Below are positions 24,402 through 38,052 of a stretch of DNA of 64,000 nt, piece after piece (the stretch's first letter is position 1; the number at the start of each line of letters is the position of its first letter). Below the pieces are notes generated by a model. The model was not told the origin of the DNA, did not search any database, and saw only the letters and a list, made by a program, of their open reading frames with translations. Where the stretch lies: NCBI GenBank assembly GCA_036785375.1, contig JAWMAR010000016.1, positions 744,001 through 808,000 of the forward strand, read 5' to 3'. Source of the stretch: Leucoraja ocellata (taxonomy: Eukaryota). The translations under genes and the position numbers were made by a program.

Positions 24402-25005
24402 GTACAATAAACCCCCGTAACAACAGACCATAGTCGGGGGAGAGGGGGGGGGGGGGGGGGGGGGGGGGGGATGGTGCCCTTATTGCCGATTGTCCTCTAT
24501 AACCAAGTAAGGTGTTATCATTGCATTGGCAGTAGTAGAAACAAATAACTGCAGTTGCTGGTTAATACACAAAGGGACACAGAGTCCTGGAGTAACTCAG
24601 CAGGTCAGGCAGCATCTCTGGATAGGTGTTTCAGTCTGGAACTGGGGCTGGAATCCAGGTGAGTTGACGGCTACGACCAGCTGGTGGCCGGGGGAGAGGC
24701 GAGGATCGACTGAGTCAATTGTCGCAGCCCGCGTGCAGGTGAGGGTTGGTGGTGGTAATGGCGAAGGCAGGCATGGCTTGGAAGCGGCCGGCGAAGCTGT
24801 GTGGGTCAGCGGTGGCTGCAGTAGGATCGGCCTGGAAGCAACGTGAGCCGGGGGTGGTGGGGGCAGCCATTGGTAGGTCCATCCCCTATAAACAACATCC
24901 GGTATAAAGATAGACACAAAGTGCTGGAGTAACTCAGCGGGTCAGGCAGCATTCTGGAGAGAAGGAAAGGGAGACCCTTCTTCTTCAGGTACCAAGAGGT
25001 CTGTT
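24402..25005. mobile_element. Probable Tc1/mariner (Tigger-like) non-autonomous element with nested Penelope units
   Basis: TA followed by caataaacccccgtaacaacagacc resembles a CAGTAAACCCCCG-type TIR; only a partial inverse (ggtctgtta) is present at the right end. Confidence 0.4.
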
Positions 25006-25171
25006 AAAATCACCGCTCTACACAATAAGCCCAGAACCAGAGGGTTTTCCATCTCTGACTCTTATGGACAAAATGAACAAGACTAAACTTCAAAATCAGA
25101 TGTTATAAATGGACAAGTCATGCTTGTGTTGCAGTGAGTGAGAAAACCACCAGCCTGACTTTGTAAATGGA

Positions 25172-25720
25172 GAAGACAGACACAAAAGGCTGGGGTAACA
25201 GCGGGTCAGGCAGGATCTCTGGGGAAAAGGAATAGGTGACGTTTCGGTTGAGACCCTTCTTCAGACTGAAAGTCAGGGGAAAGGGGAATATGAGATATCG
25301 ACGGTACTGAGGAGAAATGAATGGAAGATGTGAAGAAAGCAACATCAATCAAGGAAATGTGAGACACATAATATCCCCTTGTTGGCTGTGGGATAGGTGA
25401 CGACAAGTGTGCAGACAGAGGAACTCAAGAGGACGATGGTAAAACTAGTACCATGACTGGGGTGGGGGAGGGAAGGAGAGAGATGGGATTCGACGATTAC
25501 TTGAAGTTAGAGAAATCAATATTCACACCACTGGGTTGTAAGCTGCACAAGCAAAATATGAGATGCTGCTCCTCCAAATTACATTTGACCTCGCTCTGAC
25601 AGTGGAGGAGACCATGGGGAGAGGTCAGTAAGGAATGGGAATGGGAAGGGGAGTTAAAGTGATTGGCAACTGGGAGATCACGTAGGCCAAGGCAGACTGA
25701 GTGAAGGTGTTCAGCAAAAG
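25172..25720 (-). mobile_element. Penelope-like element 3' fragment (GIY-YIG end, 3' UTR, hammerhead core)
   Basis: Minus strand LHCQSEVKCNLEEQHLIFCLCSLQPSGVNIDFSNFK-stop; core at about 25238-25264. Confidence 0.8.
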
Positions 25721-26056
25721 TAGAGATATGCTATTATTGCACTTCGATCTGGAACACTGATGCTTATGACTTTATTTTATGTATGTTTTCATTGTAATTA
25801 ATGGTGCAGAGATGTGATAAATTGAGGACAGAATGTTGGACTTTGTGCAAATATATGGAAACAAGAAATGGGATCAGCAGAGGGTGATTTGGCTCTCAAG
25901 ACTGCTCTACCATTCAGCAGGATGATGGATGTTCGCCTATCGCAAAAACCATTTCACCATCAAATGCTATGAATCATTTCAAAGTCAGGAATCTATTGAT
26001 CATCGCTTTGAACACAGTCTCTGGCATGAAGAAGTGCAAAGATTCTTCATCTTACT

Positions 26057-26366
26057 TTAGTTTAGTTCAGAGATACAGCGCGGAAACAGACCATTCGGCC
26101 CACCAACTTCACGCCGACCAGCGATCCCCACACACCAACACCATCCAACACACTAGGGAAAAGTTACAGTTTTTACCAAAGCCAATTAACCTACAGACCT
26201 GCACGTCTTTGGAGTGTGGGTGGAAACTGGAGGACCCGAGGGAAAACCACGCGGTCACGAGGAGAACATACAAACTCCATACAGACAGCATCTGTAGTCA
26301 GGATCGAACCCAGGTCACTGGCGCGGTAAGGAAGCAACTCTACCGCTGCCCCACCATGCTGCCCCA
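26057..26366 (-). mobile_element. V-SINE (HE1-like), full length
   Basis: Complete head, V-domain and tail on the minus strand. Confidence 0.85.
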
Positions 26367-26669
26367 TTTGAGTGCAGAAAGCTTTTCTCATTTCAGTCCT
26401 CCATGGCACATGTGACTCCTAGTACTAGACACCTTTCTCATTTTGGGAGAAACATTCTCCCCGTAACTACTCTATCAAGCCCTCTGAAAATTTAGGATGT
26501 TTCAGTAAGGTCACTTCTTATTCTTCTAAACGAGAGAACAGAGACCCAATCCGCTAATCCCTCCCTGCCAACCAGACTATGGGTCGTAGCCCAGTGAGCC
26601 TTTGTTAAAACCTTTGTCAATCATTTGCTATCATCAATGCTCTGAGAATAATACACACATATTCATAAC

Positions 26670-26920
26670 AGAGACACAAAGTGCTGGAGTAACTCAGTGA
26701 GTCAGGCAGCATCTCTGGATAACATGGATAGGTGATGCTTTGATTCTGGACTTATTCTGCTTCCAACCCAAAACGTCACCTACTAATCAGTCTTAAGAAG
26801 GATCCCAACCCAAAACTTCACCTATCCATATTCTCCAGGGATGCTGCCTGACCCACCGAGTTACTCCAGCACTTTGTGTCTTTTTTCTGTAAGCCAGCAT
26901 CTGCAGTTCCTTGTTTCCAC
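26670..26920. repeat. Inverted Penelope-derived hammerhead-core units
   Basis: gacacaaagtgctggagtaactc ... gagttactccagcactttgtgtc inverted arms. Confidence 0.8.
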
Positions 26921-27079
26921 ACAAATATTCATTGTTTCTTACGCAAATTTCCAGACTTGCAAGCATTAAAATTTGGATGTTTTTACACTTATAAAAAATG
27001 TAAAACATTGCTTCATAATACTTTACCCCCAAAAACGAGGTTCTCTCTCATCTACTGAAATACCAAGATCTTTTGATTG

Positions 27080-27350
27080 AAAGATAGACAAAAAATGCTG
27101 GAGTAACTCAGCAGGACAGGCAGCATCTCTGGATAGAAGGAATGGGTGACGTTTCAGGTCGAGACTCTTCTTCAGTGAGCCAGAGGAGAGGGAGACAGAG
27201 ATATGGAAGGGTAAGATGTGAAAACGAGACATCATAAGGGATGAAGGTCAAGGAAAATGTAGAATAGTTCATCGTTAGCTAGGGGAAGGTGACAACGAAG
27301 CATACAGAGATAAAATGGAATCAGGAAGACAGCCAGACTAGTCGGAGAAC
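27080..27350 (-). mobile_element. Penelope-like 3' fragment with hammerhead core
   Basis: gggtgacgtttcaggtcgagactcttcttcag plus 3' UTR. Confidence 0.75.
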
Positions 27351-28004
27351 TTCTGCGCCTCCCCTTTCCCTTTAGGCAAGAAGTACAGAAGTTTGAAAAC
27401 ATAAACCTCGACTCGGGGACAGTTTCTTCCTAGCTGTAATAGGGCATCCGAACTGTCCTCTCATGTACTAGAGAGTGGTCCTGACCACCCATCTACCTCA
27501 TTGGAGACTTTTAAACTATCATTAATCTAACTTTAGCAGACTTTACCTTGCACTAAATGCTGTACCCTTTATCCGTTGTCTGTGCACTATGAACGACTCA
27601 ATTGTAACATTGTAGTCTTTTCTTTGACTGGATTGCATGCAAACAACAGCTTTTCACTGTTTCTTGGTAAACGTGTCAATAATAAACTACATCTAATAAA
27701 TAGTCATACAGCATGGAAAGAGGCCCTTCAGCCCAACGTGCCCACACTGGCCAACATGTCTCATCTACACTGGTTCCACCTGCCTGCATTTGGCCCAAAC
27801 CCTCGAAACCTATCCTATCCATGAACGTGTCTAAATGTTTCTTAAACATTACCTGCCTCAACTACCTCCTCCGGCAGCTCGTTCCATACACCCACCACCT
27901 ATTGTGTGAAAAAGTTACCCCTCAGGTTCCTATTGAATCTTTTGCCCCATCACCATGTCATCTGGTTCTTGATTCCCCTCTCTGGGCAAAAGACTCTGGC
28001 TTTT

Positions 28005-28325
28005 AGGGCAGCCCCATGGTGGTGCGATAGAGTTGCTGCCTTACAGCGCCAGAGACCCGGGTTCAATCTTGACTACGGGTGCTGTCTGTACGGAGTTTGT
28101 AATGTTCTCCTGTGACCTGCGTGGATTTTCAATGGGAGCTCCCGTTTCCTCCCACACTCCAAAGACGTACAGGTTTATAGGTTAATTGGCTTAGTATTTT
28201 GTAAATTGTCCCTAGTGTGTGTGTGTGTGTGTGTGGAATAGTACTAGTGTGCGGGGATTGCTGGCGGATGCGGACTCGGAGTTCTAAAGGGCCTGTTTCC
28301 ACGCTGTATCTATAAACTAAACTAA
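28005..28325 (+). mobile_element. V-SINE with internal (TG)n expansion
   Basis: Head, V-domain, (TG)n at about 28215-28235 and tail. Confidence 0.85.
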
Positions 28326-28912
28326 TCTAAACATCTGTAACCTGATTAAATGGTGTAGACTAAATTGCCTATTGCTTATGGTTTTACTCTTGCTAGCTAG
28401 TTTCAGCCATTTTAATTCATGCACTCAATTAGGGAATGCAGTTAAGTTTGCGTTCAGTCTTTATATTGTTTCTGCGATAAGGATTATTCTCCAATTGGCT
28501 TGAGATGGATCCAAACATTTGGAATCACAGCATGCTTTGAAGAAGTAAAGGATAAAATAAGTCACACAGATGGTGGTGTAATCAGAGGGTCTCAAATGAC
28601 ATGGTTTTAATGTGCTTGGAAATCACATCAGCTTTAACTGCTGGGTTGTGCATCTTTAAGTCGGCCTATAAAGAAAGACTTCCATTTCATGCTTGACATT
28701 AACAGGATTGTATATGTATTGATTGGTCACTTATTGAATTCAGTATTTAAAAGACAACATCTTGAAGCAAAACCATGAAATAGATTTTCCCAATCGACTT
28801 CAATGTAGCCCTTACACCTTTCTCTGCACTTTCTCTGGAGCTGAAATACTATATCCTTCACTCTGTTTCCTTCCTCTGTTGAACACATGTATGGTTTGAT
28901 TGTATTCATGCT

Positions 28913-29402
28913 TAGAGTTTAGAGATACAGAATGGAAACAGGCCCTTCAGCCTATCAGGTTCATGCTGACCATTGATCACCTGTTGACACTAGTTCTATG
29001 TTATCCCACTTTTTCATCCACTCCTTACACACTAGGGGCAATTTGAGCAGCCAATTAACCTACAAATTCGCATGTCTATAGGATGTGCACTCCTGAAGAG
29101 CTTTAATTCAATGGAAAAGAAAGATAGAGTATGGAAACAAATCCTTTGACCCACTGAGTCCATGCCAACCATTGTCAACCTGTTCACTCTGGTTCTGTGT
29201 TATCCCGCTTTCACTGCACATGAAGGACAATTTACAGAGGCCAAATAAACCCACAAACGCACACGTCTTTGGGATGTGGAAGGAAACCGGAGCAAACCCA
29301 CGTTTCCCACGGAGTACGTGCAAACTCCACACAGGCAAGGTCAGTATCAAACCTGGGCCACTGGCACTGTGAGGCAGCAGCTGTGCTCACTGAGCCACTG
29401 CG
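28913..29402 (-). mobile_element. Two adjacent V-SINE copies (about 28913-29088 and 29125-29402)
   Basis: Two tails; the second copy includes the head. Confidence 0.75.
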
Positions 29403-30177
29403 CATCCCGAGGTACTGTAGGTATAGTATGATTTGCCTGTATAGCACACAGAACAATAATAAACCAATACCAAATGTATCTTTCTCTATATACGAGTGTA
29501 ATAATTCTAGTAGATGCTTAGATGTGGATGAATAATATAGATACATTTGGTAAAAGAGAGTGCATATATGAAACACTTGGTTACAAATTTAAATTTGACG
29601 AAAAAGGGTTACATTTCAAATTAACATATTGGACCACTAATTATTCTCCATCAGTTTATGCTTTGTAAAAACTTTAACTCAAATGTCTTTTTTTCCAATA
29701 AAAATTACAACCTAACCGCATTCTCTCTTGCACGCTTAAATTGCACATGTATGGTTCGTCCATACAGTCGCAATTGACTCTGGAAAAACGGGGGGGGGGG
29801 GGGGGGGTAATTATTAGCTGAGGAGCCGTTTCTCCAAAAACTGCCTTAAATAATATCCCACCATTAAACTGCATGAAATGACAGGAGCAGAATTAAGCCA
29901 CTTGCCGATCACGTCTACTTAGATTGTAATAGATTTAGTCTAATTAGATTTAGCTGCTGTGCTTGCTTGCGATTTATATTCTGAATACTCCAGAAAATTA
30001 CTAATACTGTACAATGCGATAACATGAAACTTTCTGGCAATGAAAATTAACTTTTGCAATTGTTTAGCCTTAAAAATTGTTCATCTTTAAACAATTGTTC
30101 AGTTTTAAAAATATATACATTGATGCAACGTTCGGCCTATCATGTCAATGCCATCCTTGTATCTGCCGCCCTATTTA

Positions 30178-30488
30178 ACATAGAAACATAGAAATTAGGT
30201 GCAGGAGTAGCCCATTCGGCCCTTTGAGCCTGCACCGCCATTCAATATGATCATGGCTGATCATCCAACTCAGTATCCCGTACCTGCCTTCTCTCCATAC
30301 CCCCTGATCCCCTTAGCCACAAGGGCCACATCTAACTCCCCCTTAAATATAGCCAATGAACTGGCCTCTACTACCCTCTGTGGCAGAGAGTTCCAGAGAT
30401 TCACCACTCTATGCGTGAAAAAAGTTCTTCTCATCTCGGTTTTAAAGGATTTCCCCTTTATCCTTAAGCTGTGACCCCTTGTCCTGGG
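30178..30488 (-). mobile_element. Well-preserved CR1 LINE 3' end
   Basis: catagaaacatagaaa tail; clean 3' UTR and ORF2 end (RVVNLWNSLPQRVVEA on the minus strand). Confidence 0.85.
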
Positions 30489-32129
30489 TCACATTTCAAT
30501 CTGCTGTGTCCCCACTCTCTTCACATTGCCATATCCATCTGCAAACACCCTCCTCTCCCTGAACTCTTGCCCATTGCGCCCCTTCGCTCTGCCAGTCCCT
30601 TACAGGCAGTTCGCCCTACACGGTCCGCTGGACCATTGTGCATTCTGGTCTGCCTGCTGTATCTCTTCCAGGTCCGCTCCAGTCCCGGCTTGTCTTCCCC
30701 CTTTCAGGTCCGCTTATGGTTCGTCCTGCCGGGTCCGCACCCAGTTAGCTGCTGTCCGGGGTTCTGCTGCCGCCGCCTCCGCGCTTCTCCCCGTGTCCTC
30801 TTTCCACCCTCCCCCAGCCACTTCATGCTTCGCACCTACCTGGTGCACATGGCTCGCCGCTCCCCACCACTTCACGTTGCCCGGCTCCGCTTTCAAACAG
30901 CTTCCTCCGCTCCCCGCTGCGCCCTGAGCACTGTTGCTCGTTCCCTGGTCCCAGTCGTCCCTTCGCCTCCATCACCCTACACGGTCCGCTGGTCCCTCGC
31001 CCTCTCGGGTCCGCTTCAGTTCCACCTTATATTTCTCTTTCAGGTCCGCTGGCGTGCTCTCCTGCATATTCCTTCCAGGTCCGCCTCAACTCCGGGCAGT
31101 TTTCACCTTTCAGGTCTATACCACCCTGTTCGTGCTCCACTTTACCCGGTGCACCTGCACCTCTGTCAGTTCACTTCCAAACACCTCTTTCTTTTCCCTG
31201 TGGACCTTTGGTATTGCCCATTCTTTGTTTAGAATTTAGAGATACAGGGTGGAAACTGGCCCCTCAGCCCACCGAGTCCGCACCAACCAGCGACCATCCC
31301 CTCCTCCTCCAAAACCCACGTGGTCACAGGAAGAACGTACAAACTCTGTACAGACTGCACCAGTAGACAGGATCGAACCCCGGGTCTCTGGCGTGGTTGG
31401 AGGAGAGGATGGACAGGAGGGCATAGTAAAGGTCAAAGCCTGGCAGGTAATAGGCCCACACAGGGGAGGAGAGCTATTTGTTAGGCAGATGGATGAACAA
31501 AGTCTTAGATGAAAAGGCAGAAGCGATATGAAAAAAAATTGAAGAGTTGCAAGTTTTAAAGCTAGAGGAAGGAATGTATGTGGAAGTTGAGGGAGAGGGG
31601 GCGAATAGGTGTGTGTTCAGGTGGAGCACAGGGGAGAAGGTGGTGGGCAAGAAGGAGGAATGTTACATGAGGGAAGAATGAAAGGGGGGGAAGAGGTTAT
31701 GTAGGTTAATTATGTAATTAAAATTGTTTATACTGTTGTTTTGTAATTCCTGTCCTCACCGCCAATAATTTTGCCCATAAAAACACAGTACTATTCTTAA
31801 ATATCAGTATTGAGCGCGATTAAAATCCATATATCTTTCCTAAAATTTGGGAACCAGAACTGTTCAAAGTATTCAATTCCAATCAATGTTATGTGGCCAT
31901 GTTATTCTGAAGTCATAGCAGTTCTATGTCCTTGTACCCTGTGATGTAATGGACTTAATATTATTAGCTTTGTACCTGTCCCAAATATTCTAAAGATCAA
32001 TCTCTTTGAAATTCCATTATTTCTATGGACCTGTATATTGTATTTCAATGTATATGAAAACATTATTTCTATGTTCTCACTACATTTTGCTGCATCCTTT
32101 ATACATCCAAAGTCAACCAGCTCATATTT

Positions 32130-32335
32130 ATACACAAAATCCTGGAGTAGCTCAGCAGACTAGGCACTGTGGAGAGAAGGAATGGGTGATGTTTCGAGTT
32201 GAGACCCTTCTTCAGACTGATGTCAGGGGGGTGGGTGATGTATAGATAAGGAAGTGTAAGGTGTGAAAATAGGACCAAGGGAATGGAGATCAAGGAAAAT
32301 GTAGATTAGATCCTTATTAGTTGGGAGAAGGTATC
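32130..32335 (-). mobile_element. Penelope-like 3' fragment with hammerhead core
   Basis: gggtgatgtttcgagttgagacccttcttcagactgatgtc. Confidence 0.75.
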
Positions 32336-33669
32336 TTGGTTGAAATCTATTTGCCTTAATTTTCCCTTAATTGTGTTGAAGAGTTAAATAACAAGTCATA
32401 AGTATATGAAGTGTGGTAAACAGTTGACATATTCACCAACTGCTGATTGTAAAAGCAACCACACATTGTGTTTGTTTTGTAAATTTGGAAGGTGATGTTG
32501 GCTGACACTTGTAAATGGAAAATACAACTGTGACAATGTTCCATTTCCATCTGGAAACATTTTTGTACTTGGATCTCATGTGCAGCTAACCCGCAGGTGA
32601 AAACACCAGCAGTTTTTAAACAGAGAGGTAGAAACTGAGGTGAATGAACAATAATAGCACAATTTAGTTTTTGTTTTTAGAAAAAAAGGTATGGAAACAG
32701 ACCCTTCGACCCATAGAATCCACACCAGCCATCCATCACCCGTTCACACTAGTTCAATGTTATCCCCCTTTCTCATCCACTCCCTGCACACTAATTTATC
32801 CTACAAACCTGCACATATTTGGGATGTGGAAGGAATCCAGAGCATCAAATGGAAACACAGACAGAAACAGGTAAAACATGCAAACTCTGCACAGACAGTA
32901 CCTGTGGTGAGAACACCACAATAATAAACCTAAACCTGGTTTGTCTAAACAATGAAATTAGAACTCAACGAGCCAAATGCTGAACAATCGAGATTGCTGA
33001 ACAATCTGATAGCTGATTATTGAAATTTTACTATATTTAAAATCACTGCCCTTTTTGATATCTATATTTAACATGGAATTTGATAAGAATGCCTTAATTG
33101 TTTCCTTCTTCAAATTTGGGATGTGGAAGTTGCTGGTTAGGTCAGCATTGTACACTCTCATAGGCCATCAATTTGATTTGTTAATTCTTTTGACACTTAC
33201 TTACATTAGAGGTGATTTAGAATATTAAGCTAGCCCATCAACAGGTCTTTGTGAAGTGGGAAGAAACAGGAGCATCTGTAGATGGCACCTGTAGTCAAGG
33301 TGGGAACTTGCAAACTCCATGCAGTAACACTCAATGACTCTAGGTTTCTGCAACTGTGAGGCTGCAAAACTAATTGGATTCAATTAGCCTTTCAATTACA
33401 GTAATCAATGTCCACTGGGGGAGGTCAACAGTGGATCAAGTCAAGTCAAGTCGAGTCGAGACTCTGAAGAAGGGTCCCAACTCAAAGCGTCACCTGTCCA
33501 TTCTTTCCACAGATACTACCTGACCTGTTGAGTTCCTCCAGCACTTTGTGTTTTATTCAAGTCGGGGTGAGTTTATTGTTATATGCGCCAGTTCAGTGAG
33601 GCACAGGTACAATGAAAATCTTGCCTTCAGTAGCATCACCTGTACATACAGTAGATTCAATCAATAGAA

Positions 33670-34205
33670 TATAAAAGCTGGGATGTAATGCTGAGGCTTT
33701 ATAAGGTACTGGTCAGACCGCATTTGGAGTATGGGGAGAAATTTTAGGGTCCATATCTGAGATGGGATGAGCTGGTATTGGAGAAATCCAGAGGAGGTTT
33801 ATGAGAATGATCCCAGGGATGATTGGGTTAACGTATGATGAGCGTATGATGTCACTGGGCCTGTACTCACTGGAGTTTTGAAAGATGAAGGGATATTATT
33901 GAAACTTCCGGATAATGAAGAGGATGTTTCCACTAGAGGGAGAGTCTAGGACAAGAGACCATTAGCATATTTATTTAGTCATAGCCTGGTGAATATGTGA
34001 AATTCAGACAGCTGTGGAGGCCACGTCATAGGGAATTGTATTTTTAGAGTGGAGTTTGACGAGTTCTTGATTAGTAAGAGTGTCAAAAGTTATGGGATTA
34101 AGTCAGGAGAATGGGATTGAAAGGGAAAGGTAGATCCGTGATGATTGAATAGTGGACTATACTTGATGAGCCGAATGGCCTAATTCTGCTCACAACATGA
34201 ACTTA
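33670..34205 (+). mobile_element. CR1 LINE 3' fragment
   Basis: LYKVLVRPHLEY..QRRFMRMIPGM..LGLYSLEF and 3' UTR. Confidence 0.8.
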
Positions 34206-35574
34206 TGAACATAAAAACATGAAACGCACATAAATTCTGGAAGAGTAAAAAGAACTGAGCAAAGAAAAAACCCAAGACATTGGTGCAAAATGAAACTAGT
34301 TCGTGGCTGTACAAGAATCTGTTTAATCTTTGTGGGCAGGTTTCTTTGACTTCAGAATCAAGCATTATCTCTTCACCATTGAGCAGAAAATCTATAGCTA
34401 ATATATTTATGAATGGCCTGGGAGAATATAATTATCAATGGTATTGGAAGAAATAATTAACCCAATGACAATGAGGAAAGTATCACAAATGACAAATGGA
34501 TATTTTGACTCATCTATCAATAAACCGAAAGGATGAATCCCATTAAACCTTGCCCTTAGCGAAATAGATTTAGTAACTCAAACCACAATTTATAGGTATG
34601 AACCTATAAATATATATATTTAATAAAGCTGCAAGTAATATTTTGTTAGAGAACCCTTCTAAATTAAAGTAATTTAATAAAGAGGCTATTGATATGTTGG
34701 TTGAAATGATGGCAGGCATTTAAGTTTAAATATAACTACATCATCTTGTCACCAGCAAATTCTTGAAATATAGCTTAGTAATTTGTGCATGACCGAGTCT
34801 CGGGGATTGGCACTAGAACCAAGAAACTTGAGGTCAGAAGTGATAGCATAGAGGGGGTGTAGATAAGAGGCTGGAAAATAGATATTTGCTACATAAAAAA
34901 GCACAACACAGGAATGGGATCTTCAGCCCTGAAATGTTTGTGCCGGACACAACGCCAAGTTAAACTGTTCTCATCTGCCATTACATGATCCATACCCCTC
35001 TATTCCTGCACTTCCATGTGTCTAGCCTCTTAAAGCCTTTTAAATGCCACTATCAAATCTGCCTCCAATACCACCCCAGGCAATGCGTTCCAGGCCCCCG
35101 TTACTCTCTGGGTAAAAAACATTGCCTCACTCATCTCCATGAAACATTCCTCTTCTCACCTTATAGCTGTGTCCTCTAGTGTTGGACATGTTCCCCCTGG
35201 GAGAAAGGTTTTGACTGTAGAGTGTACTCTTAAGATAAAGCGGAGTCTGTATGCGACAATGGCAATGAATGACTGATTGAAGCCAAAGGTAAACCCTAAA
35301 TAAGTCCCTAGTATATAATAACGTATGGCCAATGGAAGAAGATTCGCTGGAGATGTTCTGTCGATGTTCACAAACAATAACTGGAAACAACTCAATCCCT
35401 TCGAGCTGCACCATGGTGTTCGAAGAGAATATTGTGATCAACTTTTGTGAAGGCTGCCAAGAAGTCAGAAGGATGAGGAGACTTGGTCTCAATAAAGAAA
35501 GGACATTTTTTTTAAACTTTTCTCAGGTTGCTTAGTTATTATGTAAGAAATAAAATTATAATGAAAGAAATCTG

Positions 35575-36070
35575 AGTCGAGAGTCAAGAATGTTTATTTG
35601 CCATATGTACCGACAATGGTACAATATAATTCTTGCTTGTAGCAGCAAAACATGCCCGTAAACACAAAGCACATAGATAATATATAATATACAAACATTT
35701 GATAATTTAATAATTACAATACGAGTGAAAAAAAATCCATAGTGCAACCAAAGGCAGTTCCTAGTTCCTAATTGTTTTGTCGTGTTTAAGAGCCTAATGG
35801 TTGTTGGGAAGAAGCTATCCTTGAACCTGGTGGTCACCATTTCCTGACTCCTATACCTTCTCCCTGAAGATGTGAGCAAGATTAGACCGTTGCCAGGGGT
35901 GTGTGGGTCACTGATGATATTGGCTGCCTTTTTGACACAGTTGGTTTTGTAGATTCCTTCAATGATGTGGAGGTAAATACCTGTGATGGACCGGGCAGTG
36001 TCCGGACTCTTTAATCTCCTTTGTTCCTGGGTGTTTGAGTTGCCGAACCAAGCCGCGATGAACCAGGCTG
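35575..36070 (-). mobile_element. Rex1/Babar LINE 3' end
   Basis: SGRRYRSQEMVTTRFKDSFFPTTIRLLN; gactc repeat tail. Confidence 0.8.
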
Positions 36071-37281
36071 TGTTGGAAATGTAAGAAATATCACTATTGA
36101 TTTTTAAAATAACATCATCTCAAGGATACTGGATCTTTGACAAAGTTAACGACTTTTGAGAGCAAAATCATGTCTACCATTTTGAAAGACCTGATTACAA
36201 TACCTGCAGTGTCTTTTAGATTAGAGAGTAAAAATGTGTCAGTAAACCACAAGAACGCAATACTAGAACATAATAAATAGAGGCAGAAATTAGGCATTTG
36301 GCCCTAACAAGAATATTCCACTATTCACCAAGATTATGGATGATCAATAAGGGAATTGTGATGTGTTTTTCTTCCCTGGTATTGTGTTGCTCCAGGAATT
36401 AGTTGAGCAAAGGGTGGTTGTAAGACAAAATATATATCACATACTTTCAAATAGAAATAAGAGCATAATGCAAAAATAGAGCAATCTGCATTCATGTCAG
36501 TGCCCCATATTTCAGGAGATTATTGTACATTTTGCAACGTTTCAGATGAAACAATGATTTCCAGGTATATAGATCATATTTAGTAAATTAAGTTTCAATC
36601 CAGCTACACTTATTAATCATATCACTAGTTAAATAGCTTTTAGGAAAGTGAAAATCTAACATTTGACGATTTATATCTATTTAGATTTTTTTCAGCTTCC
36701 AGGCTTGGCTGAGTTACTTCACTACTAGATCCAGGGACAGTTTCTTCGCGGCTATTATCAGGCAATTGAAAAGCCCTCTCACCACTGGCGAGCAGCCCTG
36801 GCCTCCCATCTGTATCATTGGAGACTTTCCAAACTATCTTTAATAAGACTTTATTGGACGTACTGAACGTTATCTATACACTATGGATTGATTGATTGTA
36901 ATCATGTGTAGTATTTTCGCTGACTGGACAGCACCAAACAAAAAGCTTTTTACTATACCTTGCGACACATGACAATAAATTCAGATCAAATATTGTCGTA
37001 TGATCCAAACTAAACTAAACTAGCACTAGAATTGGTAAAATCTTTGGGGTAATATTGCTTTTTAAAATCAACTTGTTGCTATCAGGCCCTGCAGTCAAAC
37101 CAAAATGTATTTTAAAAATACCAGATCATTGTAATACTTTCCTCTCTGCTCATCATTGGTGGCCCAGGCTGTGTTCAGCTGACAAGACTATTTACCATCT
37201 GATGAATAATTTTTTCTAGGTGGAGTTGGATGAATTCATACATTTAAAAATTTAGTTTAAGTCTGTTGAGGTACCATATAT

Positions 37282-38052
37282 TTGTAGGAAAGAACTGCCG
37301 ATGCTGGTTTAAATCGAAGATAGACACAAAATGCTGGAGTAACTCAGCAGGACAGGCCACATCTCTGGAGTGAAGGAATGGGTGACGTTTCAAGTTGAGA
37401 CCCTTCTTCAGACTGATGTCAGGGGAGGGGCCAGGACAAAGATAGAATGTAGTCGGAGACAGTAATATCAGTGGGGGAGCTGGGAAGGGGGTGGGGATGG
37501 AGAGAGAAAACAAGGGCTATCTGTACTTGGAGAAGTCAATGTTCATACCACTGGGGTGTAAACTACCCAAGCAAAATATGAGGGGCTGTTCCTCCAATTT
37601 GTGCTGGGCCTCACTCTAACAATGGAGCAGGCCCCAGGACAGATAGGTCAGATTGGGAATGGGAGGGGGAGTTGAAGTGCTGAGCCACCGGGAGATCAGG
37701 TAGGTTAAGATGGATTGAGCAGCGGCCACTCTGATAATGGCCTCCTCCATTGTCAGAGTGAGGCCCACCGCAAATTGGAGGAACAGCACCTCATATTTTG
37801 CTTGGGTAGTTTACACCCCAGCGATATGAACATTGACTACTCTAACTTCAGATAGCCCTTGCTTTCTCTCTCCATCCCCTCCCCCTTCCCAGTTCTCCCA
37901 CTAATCTTACAGTCTCCGACTACATTCTATCTTTGTCCCACCCGCTCCTCTGACATGTCTGAAGAAGGGTCCCGACCCGAAACATCACCCATTCCTTCTC
38001 TCCAGAGATGCTGCCTGTCCCGCTGAGTTACTCCAGCATTTTGTGTCTACCT
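37282..38052. mobile_element. Penelope-like element inserted as an inverted dimer with a 16-bp TSD
   Basis: Left arm minus, right arm plus. GIY-YIG C-terminus LLHCQSEAHRKLEEQHLIFCLGSLHPSDMNIDYSNFR-stop at 37742-37855. TTGAGGTACCA(T/G)ATAT at 37266-81 and 38053-68. Confidence 0.85.
37959..37986 (+). ncRNA. Minimal type I hammerhead ribozyme motif (Penelope 3' UTR)
   Basis: CTGAAGA-A-GGGT-CCCG-ACCC-GAAA-CA-TC about 100 nt after the GIY-YIG stop; the helix III CG has decayed to CA. Confidence 0.6.

Noticed and set aside
30471-31232. 253-aa ORF as a protein-coding gene
   Set aside because: It has a non-ATG start inside a CR1 fragment, the A-poor composition suppresses stop codons, and no domain or splice context is evident
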